From Candidatus Iainarchaeum sp. (lineage in GTDB: Archaea; Iainarchaeota; Iainarchaeia; Iainarchaeales; UBA10191), in assembly GCA_030649735.1 (NCBI GenBank), contig JAUSFL010000036.1, forward strand, positions 79,283 through 143,282: DNA of 64,000 bases. The letters are read 5' to 3'. The notes below the pieces were generated by a model. It saw nothing but the letters and a program-made list of their open reading frames with translations. It searched no databases and was not told the origin of the DNA. The position numbers and the translations under genes are program-made. Below are positions 1 to 8,561 of this stretch, in pieces. The first letter of the stretch is position 1. Every line of letters starts with the position of its first letter.

Positions 1-216
1 AAAGTGCAAAGGACAGCGCTCGTAATGGAAGGACTGGGAATCAATCACGCGCACTTGAAGCTTTACCCAATTTACGGGCTTGATGAAAAATTCAAGGAAA
101 CATGGGCTTCAGAAAAAAGATTCTTCAGCCATTATGAAGGATACATTAGCACCCAGCTTGGCCCAAAGGCTGACGAAAAAAAGCTTAAAGCGCTTGCTGA
201 ACAGCTGAAAGAGTGA
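1..216 (+). CDS. Partial CDS (3' end only; 5' end outside window), product unknown; possibly a HIT-like paralogue
   Basis: ORF runs to the window edge. The C-terminal segment 'GINHAHLKLYP' loosely resembles the histidine-triad region 'VYHLHFHLIP' of the next gene. Confidence 0.3.
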   Translation, partial: KVQRTALVMEGLGINHAHLKLYPIYGLDEKFKETWASEKRFFSHYEGYISTQLGPKADEKKLKALAEQLKE

Positions 217-227
217 AAGTGAAAAGA

Positions 228-641
228 ATGAAGCACGAATGCAGTTTTTGTAGGATTGTTGAAGGAAAAATCCCTTCTTTCAAGATTGCGGAAAACGAGC
301 GAGCGCTTGCGTTCCTTGACATTGCGCCAACAGCCAAGGGAACAGCGCTTGTAATTCCAAAATTCCACGCAAACGACATTTTTGGAGTCACTGAAAAAGA
401 CATTGAGGCTATTGGATTGCTTATTAAACAAGTTTCTGAAAAAATGAGAAAGAATTTAAACGCTAACGGAGTAAATATTCTGAACGCTTCAGGAAAGGCA
501 GCACAGCAAAGCGTTTACCACCTGCACTTTCACTTGATTCCAAGGTTTGAAAATGACGGCTTGAACGCGTGGCCTTTCAAGAAAACACTGAAGCTTTCAC
601 AGAAAGAATTCGAAAAAATAGCGCAAAAATTGAAAGAGTGA
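228..641 (+). CDS. HIT-family (histidine triad) nucleotide hydrolase/transferase
   Basis: Zinc-ribbon-like 'CSFCRI' N-terminus and the histidine triad 'HLHFHLIPR'. Start moved from 213 to the internal Met 'MKHECSFC'. Confidence 0.8.
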   Translation: MKHECSFCRIVEGKIPSFKIAENERALAFLDIAPTAKGTALVIPKFHANDIFGVTEKDIEAIGLLIKQVSEKMRKNLNANGVNILNASGKAAQQSVYHLHFHLIPRFENDGLNAWPFKKTLKLSQKEFEKIAQKLKE

Positions 642-646
642 AAAAA

Positions 647-1315
647 ATGAGTGAAAATTTTGCAAGATTATTGCTTTACACAGACCAGGAAGTTTTTGCC
701 GAAAAAAACTCTGGGAAAATCAGGCTTTTGGAGACAGAATTCAATGACGAGGAAATTCCTGAAGAAGCCCTTGCAAAAAAAGCCCAAGAAGTTTGGGGCG
801 TAAGGCCGGAAAACCTGAAATTATTGTGCGTTCTGCCAAAAGCAAACAGCGAATTTGTCCACTATTATGCCAGCAGGGACTGGAACGGAAGCTTTGAAAA
901 CTGCCAAGTTGAAGAAATAGTCACTGTAGACTTCAAGGAAATGACGGAATTTGCAGAAAAAAATGACATTCTTGCAGCGCAAGTCCTGGAAAAAATCGTT
1001 TTAGGAAAAGACTTCAAAAAGCCTTCAACAATTGCTGCATCGCAAGCGCAAAGGCCAATTAACGACGACTTTGAAATCATCAGGCCAAAACAGCAAAAAA
1101 CCGAAGCGCATGTTCCTGAAAGCACTTCAGACTTTGAAATAATCCGCGCAGTGCCTAAAGGAATGGGCCGCAAGCAGCAGGAATCAACGCGTGAAGGAAT
1201 AGACTTTGAGTTTTTGAGCCGCGGCGGAAAAAAGACAGAGCCCGGCCAAAAATCAAATTTCTTGGAGCCCCCAACCAAAACCAAGAAAGTGCAAAAAAGC
1301 GTTTTCGCCCCGTAA
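647..1315 (+). CDS. Hypothetical acidic protein with short 'DFEII' repeats
   Basis: ORF 569..1315 trimmed to the Met 'MSENFARLL', which follows the HIT stop. Three 'DFEIIR/IDFEFL' repeats near the C-terminus. No recognisable family. Confidence 0.4.
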   Translation: MSENFARLLLYTDQEVFAEKNSGKIRLLETEFNDEEIPEEALAKKAQEVWGVRPENLKLLCVLPKANSEFVHYYASRDWNGSFENCQVEEIVTVDFKEMTEFAEKNDILAAQVLEKIVLGKDFKKPSTIAASQAQRPINDDFEIIRPKQQKTEAHVPESTSDFEIIRAVPKGMGRKQQESTREGIDFEFLSRGGKKTEPGQKSNFLEPPTKTKKVQKSVFAP

Positions 1316-1341
1316 TTTTTAATTTTTATGAAGTGGTTTGG

Positions 1342-2355
1342 ATGATTATAGTTTTAGGCAAGGCCAGCGAAAAGCAAGTCCAGCAAATTCTTGACAAAAT
1401 CAAGGAGAAAGGCTTCAAGCCGCACGTCATTCAAGGAAGCCAAAAAACAGTCATTGCAGTCATTGGAAACAATGCAGCCGCATTCATTGAAGAATTCAGG
1501 CAAATGCCAGGCGTTGAAAGCGTTGCGCAAGTCAGCGCCGCATTCAAGCTCGCGTCCAAAGAAACGCACCACGAAAAAACCAGCATTAAAGTCGGCAGCG
1601 AAGTTTTTGGGAAAGGAAACATTGGAATTATTGCAGGGCCTTGCGGAGTAGAGTCTGAAGAGCAAACTTTAAACACTGCAAAAGCATTGCAGCCTTTAGG
1701 AGTGAAGTTTTTCCGCGCCAGCATTTTCAAGCCGCGCACTTCCCCTTACGACTTTCAAGGAATTGGGCTGAAAGGACTGGAAATTCTTGAAAAAGTCCGT
1801 TCACAGTATGGAATGGCAATAGAAACTGAAGTAATGGACGTTCGGGATGTAAAGCCAGTCAGTGAAGTTGTAGACTGCCTGCGTATTGGCGCGCGCAACA
1901 TGCAAAACTTTGACCTTTTAAAGGAAGTTGGAAGGCAGGAAAAGCCAGTAATCCTAAAGCGCGGCCTTAGCGCGACAATTAAAGAATGGCTAATGGCTGC
2001 AGAATACATCCTAAGCGAAGGCAACAATAAAGTCATTTTGTGCGAGCGCGGCATTCGAACTTTCGAAACTGAAGCCAGAAACACTGCAGACATTTCTGCA
2101 ATTCCTTTAGTGCATTTAATGAGCCACTTGCCAGTAATTTTCGACCCAAACCATTCAACAGGCCGCAAGGACTTGATTCTGCCTTTAAGCAAGGCAGCAA
2201 TTGCGGCAGGAGCCGACGGATTGCTTGTTGAAGTGCACGAGCATCCAGAAAAAGCTCTTTCTGATGCAAAGCAGCAATTCACTCCAAAAGAATTCGCGCA
2301 GTTTTTGCAGGAAATTCGCCCAATAGCAAAGGCAGTTGGAAAAACAATAATTTGA
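1342..2355 (+). CDS. 3-deoxy-7-phosphoheptulonate (DAHP) synthase, class I-beta with N-terminal regulatory (ferredoxin-like) domain
   Basis: KDO8P/DAHP synthase family motifs ('GPCGVESEEQ', 'KFFRASIFKPRTSPYDFQG', 'ERGIRTFE') preceded by a ~70-aa regulatory domain as in Thermotoga/Pyrococcus DAHPS. KDO8P synthase cannot be fully excluded. Confidence 0.65.
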   Translation: MIIVLGKASEKQVQQILDKIKEKGFKPHVIQGSQKTVIAVIGNNAAAFIEEFRQMPGVESVAQVSAAFKLASKETHHEKTSIKVGSEVFGKGNIGIIAGPCGVESEEQTLNTAKALQPLGVKFFRASIFKPRTSPYDFQGIGLKGLEILEKVRSQYGMAIETEVMDVRDVKPVSEVVDCLRIGARNMQNFDLLKEVGRQEKPVILKRGLSATIKEWLMAAEYILSEGNNKVILCERGIRTFETEARNTADISAIPLVHLMSHLPVIFDPNHSTGRKDLILPLSKAAIAAGADGLLVEVHEHPEKALSDAKQQFTPKEFAQFLQEIRPIAKAVGKTII

Positions 2356-2366
2356 AGGAAACTGCA

Positions 2367-3149
2367 ATGCCAAAAAAGCCAGCAAAAATTGCAAAGCCAA
2401 TCCAACAACAGCCTAAAAAACGGTTTTTCAAAAGGGCTTTAGTGACTGGCGGAGTGATTGCTGGATTGACGCTTGGCGGAATTACAGCACTAAAAAATTC
2501 AGCATTGCGGGAAAAGATTGAATTCAAAAGAGCAGAGATTTCCGCAATTCGGGCTGAAAAAAAAGGCCAATTTTCAATCGGCTTTTGGGCAAATTCAAAA
2601 AAGCCAGAACAGCTTTCAAAGACAGTGAATTACGCGCTTGGCTTTTTGCAAAAGGAATTGCCTGCAGAACTGAATGGAAAAAAAGTAAGCGTTTACCTTG
2701 TGAACGAGCTTCCAAAGACAGGATTTACTGAATCTTACGATTTGGCGCTCGCTAAAGCTAAAACTCCAAAAAGATTTGTCGACACTCCGGTTAATTTTGT
2801 TCCTGGAGAAACTCCCGCATTTAATGTCCACTTGAACTTGCAAGAGGTTACAAACTCACTGGGCAAGCTTGCAAGCGTTGAAAGAATCAATGCAAGAAGC
2901 TTTGGGCTAATCTTCAACCAAGTTGCCGGAACCGCAATTATTTTTGAAAAAAACAGGAGCATAATTGACCGAAGATATGCCACAACTTCAGAAATGCGCC
3001 ATGAATTGGAATTAAAGACTTTTGAGAAAGGAATTGGGGCTCTTTCAAGATTCGCGCAAAACAGGCCAAAAAATTCCCGATTCAGGCAAAACCTTGAACT
3101 AGAGGTAAAATTCCAGCAAGGGCTTCTTGAAAGCTGGAAGCGTTTTTAA
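2367..3149 (+). CDS. Hypothetical membrane-anchored protein (basic N-terminus, one TM, extracytoplasmic domain)
   Basis: The stretch 'ALVTGGVIAGLTLGGITAL' is a TM helix. No family recognised. Confidence 0.4.
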   Translation: MPKKPAKIAKPIQQQPKKRFFKRALVTGGVIAGLTLGGITALKNSALREKIEFKRAEISAIRAEKKGQFSIGFWANSKKPEQLSKTVNYALGFLQKELPAELNGKKVSVYLVNELPKTGFTESYDLALAKAKTPKRFVDTPVNFVPGETPAFNVHLNLQEVTNSLGKLASVERINARSFGLIFNQVAGTAIIFEKNRSIIDRRYATTSEMRHELELKTFEKGIGALSRFAQNRPKNSRFRQNLELEVKFQQGLLESWKRF

Positions 3150-3179
3150 CTATTTTCCAAAACAAGTTCTAAAACAAGC

Positions 3180-3250
3180 GCAGCCGTAGTGTAGCGGTAG
3201 CATCCGACCTTCCCAAGGTCGTAGCCCGAGTTCGAATCCCGGCGGCTGCA
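3180..3250 (+). tRNA. tRNA-Gly (anticodon CCC)
   Basis: Cloverleaf with a 7-bp acceptor stem GCAGCCG/CGGCTGC, discriminator A, anticodon loop TTCCCAA and T-loop GTTCGAATC. CCA is not encoded. Confidence 0.8.
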
Positions 3251-3309
3251 TTTGAGAAAATAGCAGTAGATTCTTATACTACCTCCAACTTTTTGTTTGC
3301 TGGTTATAG

Positions 3310-4314
3310 ATGAAAAAGATTGTTTTTGGGCTAATTTTGTTAATTGCTTTGTTTTTGGTTTTTGGATGTACAAGCCCAAACACTATCCCAAATGATAGCG
3401 GCTCGAGCGCAACTCCAAATAATAGCGGCCCGAACGTAACTCCAGATAATGGCGGCTCAAATAATTCTGGCAACGGTCAGACTTCCCTGGAACTTACTTT
3501 TTTGCCGCCTGCTGTGCTTCCAGAAGCAGCGGAAGGCACTGATTATTTATATAGTTTTTGCAAACCGCAGTCTGCAATATCAAGCGATTGGAGTTGTGGG
3601 TATCGTGGAAGTCCAGGAGGGACAACAGATCCTAAGGGGGGAACTTGGGCGTATTCGTTCACACCTCAACCTAGCGAATCCTTGCCAGAGGGACTCTACC
3701 TTGGCTATAATGGATTATTTAAAGGCACGCCAAGGATTCCTGGAACCTATACTTTTGACATATGTGTACGCGAAGATCAACAAGTCAAACTTTGTAAAAC
3801 CACTTCTATAACTGTCGCGCCTTACAAGCAAAAAGTGGATTACAATGTTTCAATAACAATTGACTCGGCGGACATCAGCAAATGCAAAATAAGCACCTAC
3901 TATAACGGTGCTTGGGAAGTTACTGCCCATGGAACAATGACATCTAATGTAAACTTTCGAGAAGGGTATGGAAATACGAACGGAGATAAAGCCCCCGCTG
4001 TTGAATTTTGGATGCTAGCCACTACCGCAAAATATGGGGAGATGGGTTATACTGTAGATGCAGAAGATATGGATTGCGGGGCATGGAAATTAGTCGATAA
4101 AGAAGGACATTTACCGTATTGCGAGAAAGAAGCTGGAGACCCTGACACAGCCATTTGGAAACTCACTTATTCAAGGGGAACTATTGCATCAGAAATTGTA
4201 AGCGTTGGGGCAAGCATAACTTCTTACAATCCAAACTATTATGCAGATTATGTTCCGATTTCGACCGAGTTAACATTATATTCTAAGATTACAAAATCAG
4301 CCGGCACCTGCTAG
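3310..4314 (+). CDS. Secreted lipoprotein with Asn/Ser/Gly-rich linker
   Basis: Signal peptide plus lipobox 'LFLVFGC', a repeated 'PNNSGPNVTPDNGGS' linker, and a Cys-rich globular domain. Confidence 0.55.
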   Translation: MKKIVFGLILLIALFLVFGCTSPNTIPNDSGSSATPNNSGPNVTPDNGGSNNSGNGQTSLELTFLPPAVLPEAAEGTDYLYSFCKPQSAISSDWSCGYRGSPGGTTDPKGGTWAYSFTPQPSESLPEGLYLGYNGLFKGTPRIPGTYTFDICVREDQQVKLCKTTSITVAPYKQKVDYNVSITIDSADISKCKISTYYNGAWEVTAHGTMTSNVNFREGYGNTNGDKAPAVEFWMLATTAKYGEMGYTVDAEDMDCGAWKLVDKEGHLPYCEKEAGDPDTAIWKLTYSRGTIASEIVSVGASITSYNPNYYADYVPISTELTLYSKITKSAGTC

Positions 4315-4318
4315 TGTG

Positions 4319-4357
4319 GATATCTAACCCCAACCCGCTAAAACTCGGCGGCTGCAT
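4319..4357 (+). repeat. Direct repeat carrying a copy of the tRNA-Gly 3' end (…ACTCGGCGGCTGCAT), copy 2
   Basis: GGATATCTAACCCCAACCCGCTAAAACTCGGCGGCTGCAT. Its 11-nt core CGGCGGCTGCA is identical to tRNA positions 3240–3250. It is a near-identical 38-nt match to the copy at 8245–8282. Confidence 0.7.
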
Positions 4358-4549
4358 CAGCAGACGCGACTGCTTACTGCCAACAAACTAATAAAATAAG
4401 CAAAGACCGCAAAAATGGGCTTTAAGCTTGTTTTTGGCTTTTAACTGCATAATTGGCTTATTTTAAGCGTTTAAAGCAGGAGAAAGCTCCTGATTAAATC
4501 AAGAAAAGCTTTAAATATTGCGCAATAGTATTGTAATTACAATTAGTCC

Positions 4550-4599
4550 CCTGCCATTGCTTCGGCAACGGCAGGCTTTCTCTTATTCTCTTTTTTTTT
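4550..4599 (+). terminator. Stable hairpin with UUCG tetraloop followed by T9 run (terminator-like, or 3' end of a small RNA)
   Basis: CCTGCC-A-TTGC-TTCG-GCAA-C-GGCAGG, then CTTTCTCTTATTCTCTTTTTTTTT. It sits in a 320-bp intergenic stretch. Confidence 0.35.
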
Positions 4600-4638
4600 C
4601 CATTCTGCTTAAATATTTCTTCAGCAATAAATGATTCA

Positions 4639-5265
4639 ATGCTAAAGAAAATTGTATTTGTTGATGGGAGCAACTTGTACCATTCAATGAGAGATGACAA
4701 TATTGACCCAAGAATAATCGACTTGGCAAAATTCTTTGAGAAAATTAGCGGGGAAAAAGATCCAACAGTAAGGTATTATACTGCCCCGAGAAAAAGAGAA
4801 GAAGACGCTGAAAAATACGTTCAACAGCAAAGATTCTTTACAGAATTAAAGAACAGAAACCCGAATTTGACAATAATCTTTGGAAGGCTTCAAAAGAACA
4901 AGGAAGCAGACCCAAAAGCAAGAAGCCTGGTTGTGAAAGCATTGGGCTTTTGCGAGAATTGCGCTCAAAAAATACCCAAATTATTCTCAACACTAAGAAT
5001 TGACAAACCGCACCGGGAAAAAGGAGTTGACGTGAAAATTGCCTTGGACTTGGCAATAATGGCAGGAACAAATGAATTTGACTTAGCAATACTCCTTTCA
5101 GGAGACGCTGACTTGGCTCCAGCAGTCCAAATAGCAGTCAAGAACGGAAAGAAAGTAATTAACGGAAGATTCAAAAATTCAAGCTCCAGCGAACTAAGAA
5201 ACATTTGCACTTCCAACTTTCTAATAACCGAAGAAATACTGAAAGATTGCGTTAGAAAACACTAA
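4639..5265 (+). CDS. NYN-domain (LabA/PIN-like) predicted ribonuclease
   Basis: The N-terminus 'IVFVDGSNLYHS' and the segment 'GVDVKIALDLA…FDLAILLSGDADLAPAV…GKKV' match the NYN/DUF88 signature. Confidence 0.7.
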   Translation: MLKKIVFVDGSNLYHSMRDDNIDPRIIDLAKFFEKISGEKDPTVRYYTAPRKREEDAEKYVQQQRFFTELKNRNPNLTIIFGRLQKNKEADPKARSLVVKALGFCENCAQKIPKLFSTLRIDKPHREKGVDVKIALDLAIMAGTNEFDLAILLSGDADLAPAVQIAVKNGKKVINGRFKNSSSSELRNICTSNFLITEEILKDCVRKH

Positions 5266-5275
5266 GGTTGATTTT

Positions 5276-5767
5276 ATGAAAGAAAGAAAAGAAGAATTAG
5301 CAAAGGTAACAAGGCAAGAATTTTTCAAAGAACTCAATAAATTGAAAATCAGAAAAATATTGAAAGTACCTAATGAGTACCTTGTTGGAAAGGAGAGATT
5401 TTTAGGAGACTATTACGTTGGCTGGTTGGCTGATATTTTAGATTACCAAAATGAAGAGAAAATAGTAGATCTTGGAGTGGCTTACCTTTTTGGACGGGCT
5501 TTTGTTATTGCGCAGGACAGAATTCTAGATAATCCTTGCCAGGAAAACAAAGATTATGTAATTGCAGCCCCCATATTACTTAAAGAATTCTTAGAAAGAA
5601 ATCAAAAAATAGTTGGGAATTCTAATTTTGAAAAAGAGGCGGGCCAAGTACTATTTGAATACACGTTAGCAAATCTGAAAGAATCAAAAAGAAAGAAAAG
5701 CCCATTCACAAAGTTCCTCACTGAAGAAATAATAAAACAACATTCAAAGAAACAGAAAGTGATTTGA
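5276..5767 (+). CDS. Hypothetical protein
   Basis: 163-aa ORF packed tightly between the NYN and Nudix genes. No recognisable motif. Confidence 0.4.
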   Translation: MKERKEELAKVTRQEFFKELNKLKIRKILKVPNEYLVGKERFLGDYYVGWLADILDYQNEEKIVDLGVAYLFGRAFVIAQDRILDNPCQENKDYVIAAPILLKEFLERNQKIVGNSNFEKEAGQVLFEYTLANLKESKRKKSPFTKFLTEEIIKQHSKKQKVI

Positions 5768-6192
5768 TGCAAATTGGGAAAGACTTTATTGGAGTGAGTT
5801 GCGGAGCGCAAATAATCAATGAGAAAAAGCAGATTTTACTAATGAAAAGAAGCAAAAAATGCAAAAACAAGCCAGGCTATTGGATGAATGCCGGCGGAAA
5901 AGTCGAATTCTTTGAAAAAATAGAAAACGCGGTAAAAAGAGAGGTAATGGAAGAACTCGGCGTTAAAATCAAAATACTGAAATTGCTTCCAGTGCTTGAC
6001 GACATTAAAACAGCAGAAAAACAGCATTGGATAGCCCCGCAATTCCTTTGCAAAATAACAAAAGGCGCTCCGCGAAACAAGGAGCCGGAAAAATGCGAGG
6101 AAATCAAATGGTTTAACTTGGAGAAAATCCCAAAAAAGACAACAAAAACAACAAAAAACGGAGTAAGAGAAATCAAAAAGATAGTGAAATAA
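5764..6192 (+). CDS. Nudix hydrolase with Lys/Thr-rich C-terminal tail
   Basis: Nudix box 'GGKVEFFEKIENAVKREVMEELGV' (GX5EX7REUXEEXGU). Confidence 0.7.
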   Translation: MMQIGKDFIGVSCGAQIINEKKQILLMKRSKKCKNKPGYWMNAGGKVEFFEKIENAVKREVMEELGVKIKILKLLPVLDDIKTAEKQHWIAPQFLCKITKGAPRNKEPEKCEEIKWFNLEKIPKKTTKTTKNGVREIKKIVK

Positions 6193-6656
6193 TGATTATC
6201 CGAAAAGCCAAGCTTGAAAACGCGAGAGAAATAAGCCTGCTCTTATGCAATACAATAAAAACAGTGAATCGCAAGGACTATACTGCCAGGCAAATTAAAG
6301 CATGGTTAACAAGAAACGATTACAAGTCAATCAAAAATAAAATACTAAGCGGAAGAACCATCTTTGTCGCCATTAACAAATCAAAAATTGTCGGCATAAT
6401 CGCCTTATTTCTTAACGAATGCAAAATTGGCGCACTTTATGTCAAACACACCCTGCACAACCAAGGCATAGGCACAAAACTGTTAAATTATGCTGAAAAA
6501 CTGGCCAAAAGAAAAGGCTTGAAAAAGCTAAAGCTAAATTCAACAAAAACTGCTTTTGAATTCTACAAAAGCAAAGGATACAAAAAAATTAGAATGGCAA
6601 GCCATACAACAAATGGCGTCAAAACTCCAACAATACTAATGGTAAAAAATTTATGA
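6192..6656 (+). CDS. GNAT-family N-acetyltransferase
   Basis: Acetyl-CoA-binding motif 'HNQGIGTKLLNYAEKLAKRKG' on a GNAT-like fold. Confidence 0.7.
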   Translation: MIIRKAKLENAREISLLLCNTIKTVNRKDYTARQIKAWLTRNDYKSIKNKILSGRTIFVAINKSKIVGIIALFLNECKIGALYVKHTLHNQGIGTKLLNYAEKLAKRKGLKKLKLNSTKTAFEFYKSKGYKKIRMASHTTNGVKTPTILMVKNL

Positions 6657-6762
6657 ACCAACAAAATAAAGGAGTTGAAATTATGAAAAAAACCTTAGAA
6701 CTGGATCGAATCCAATCTTCCGAAAACCGCAAGCCTCAAACTGCCCACCCAGCAAGCAGAGG

Positions 6763-6776
6763 TCCCGGCGGCTGCA
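6763..6776 (+). repeat. Copy 3 of tRNA-Gly 3'-end motif (TCCCGGCGGCTGCA)
   Basis: 13 of 13 nt match tRNA positions 3238–3250. Upstream there is also 'GGATCGAATCC', which resembles the T-loop, but no acceptor-stem partner exists, so it is not an intact tRNA. Confidence 0.6.
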
Positions 6777-6819
6777 AAAATATTTAAAGCCAGCAAAACT
6801 TGATTCTATTGATGATTAA

Positions 6820-7602
6820 ATGAAAAAAGTATTTGCTTTAATTTTGATAATTATCGGCTTGGCTGCTGCTATTTTTCTTGGTAGTTCGCTGTTTGATAAA
6901 CTTAGTTATTTTTTGATTGCAGTCTTCGGACTATTTTTCATGCTTAAACCAGGAAAACAAGTGCAGATTAACAAAGAAACTGTCACTCCAGAATCAGCCA
7001 ATATTTTATTTAAAGAGCATGATTTTACAGAGAATGAAAAAGAATCATATCGAGAAGCATTGCTTCAGGTCAAGGACATTACAGAAAACCCTTCAAAATG
7101 GGCGGCCTTTATTATTTTTTCAGGAGTACTCTCAATTCCTGTTTTTTTAAGCAAAACCATGTCAACAATCCCTGCATTGCTTGTTTTAAGCATTGCATTT
7201 GTACTCGCTCTTTTCATTAAAGAGCTTAATATTTTTGCTATAAGAGGCAATAAGTTTTACCAGCTTATCGGGGGTTTAGCTTTTGTCTACGTCTTTACAG
7301 GGGCGGGGTTTTTAATTAGCGTTGGCGAGTCTGGCAAAACTTTCATTCCGATAAATTGGATTCAAATTGGATATTATTACTTGTATTTTTTATCATTCCT
7401 CACTTGTATTGCATTAGCAACCATTGGGCTTGTTTACTTCAAGAAAACAAAAAGAAACCTTTACGAAGCATTAGTGTATCGAGAAAACACAACCCTAACC
7501 AGCAGCATCTTATTTGCAAGAGGATATTTGATAGCTATCAACATTTTTTCAATTTTTATGATAGCTTACAATGTAGTGCTTGCAATTTTGTTCATCCAAT
7601 AA
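6820..7602 (+). CDS. Polytopic membrane protein, function unknown
   Basis: There are 6–7 hydrophobic helices. No family recognised. Confidence 0.5.
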   Translation: MKKVFALILIIIGLAAAIFLGSSLFDKLSYFLIAVFGLFFMLKPGKQVQINKETVTPESANILFKEHDFTENEKESYREALLQVKDITENPSKWAAFIIFSGVLSIPVFLSKTMSTIPALLVLSIAFVLALFIKELNIFAIRGNKFYQLIGGLAFVYVFTGAGFLISVGESGKTFIPINWIQIGYYYLYFLSFLTCIALATIGLVYFKKTKRNLYEALVYRENTTLTSSILFARGYLIAINIFSIFMIAYNVVLAILFIQ

Positions 7603-7648
7603 AAAAGAGAATATTTAAATATCTGCAGATAATATTAGGAACTGATAA

Positions 7649-7834
7649 TTGATGACTCTAGAATTTAATAACCCAATATTCCCTGCTTTGGGACTTTTAT
7701 TAATCGTCATTTCAATAATTGACATTTTTATCTCAAGCTCAATGCTTTCATTAGTTGGGGATGCCCTTGGAATTATTGCTGGTTTAGCGCTTATAATAAG
7801 ATACTTTTTAACAAAAAAAGGTGCGAAAAAATGA
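7649..7834 (+). CDS. Small membrane protein (two TM helices)
   Basis: 61-aa hydrophobic ORF whose stop is coupled to the next start. Confidence 0.3.
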   Translation: MMTLEFNNPIFPALGLLLIVISIIDIFISSSMLSLVGDALGIIAGLALIIRYFLTKKGAKK

Positions 7835-8223
7835 AATTGAGTCTTTTGATTATTTTTGGAATAATGTGTCTCGTAACTCTTAGTGGTTGCGCACAAAACC
7901 CCAGTGATACTCCATTAATTGTAAGACAAAACTTTGACAACATTGACTTAAGTAATTTCCAAAACTGCAAAGGCGTTTTTTTAGTACAAGACAGTTATGA
8001 TATCGGACTTGCAGTCTTTGTTGCGGGAGATGTTGCAAAGGGAGAAATAGCCGTTGGGGATAAAACTAATATAGATGGAAATACAATAGTAGTAAAAACC
8101 ATTGAAGGCAATAAGAAACAATGGGATAAAGCCATTAAAACATACCGTGTTGGGCTAAACTTTGAAAGACAAATTACAAAAGAGTCATATAAGCCAAACG
8201 ACCTTATCTGCTTCAACCCTTGA
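7831..8223 (+). CDS. Small secreted lipoprotein
   Basis: Signal peptide plus lipobox 'LVTLSGC'. Confidence 0.5.
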   Translation: MKLSLLIIFGIMCLVTLSGCAQNPSDTPLIVRQNFDNIDLSNFQNCKGVFLVQDSYDIGLAVFVAGDVAKGEIAVGDKTNIDGNTIVVKTIEGNKKQWDKAIKTYRVGLNFERQITKESYKPNDLICFNP

Positions 8224-8244
8224 TTACATTTAAGGAATCTGACA

Positions 8245-8282
8245 GATACTAACCCCAACCTGCTAACACTCGGCGGCTGCAT
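8245..8282 (+). repeat. Copy 4 of the 38-nt repeat ending in tRNA-Gly 3'-end motif
   Basis: AGATACTAACCCCAACCTGCTAACACTCGGCGGCTGCAT. It differs from copy 2 (4319–4357) at 2–3 positions. Confidence 0.7.
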
Positions 8283-8561
8283 TTTGCAGTAAGAATTTAA
8301 ACAACTTGATCCTTCAAATTAAGTGCTGGTTTTGAATGGGTGCTGAAGAAAAAATGAGCAGGGAAGCTTTTGACCGCTTCAACAACTTAAAAATGGCTTA
8401 CGGTTCAATGATTGTTGACTTCACTTTTAACGCGTTAAAGATCAGGATGCCAATGGCGAGCGATGACGAGCTGGTGGTTGCAGTCGCTAAACGCTTGAGG
8501 AAAAAAAAGAATGAAAAATTGCTGGAAAAGCAGAATTCGCTGTTGTAAAATCAAGAGAGAA

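Noticed and set aside
6683-6776. Intact or split tRNA at repeat copy 3 (T-loop-like GGATCGAATCC plus …TCCCGGCGGCTGCA)
   Set aside because: No 5' acceptor-stem partner (GCAGCCG) and no D-arm or anticodon arm can be formed. It was interpreted as a decayed att-site remnant.
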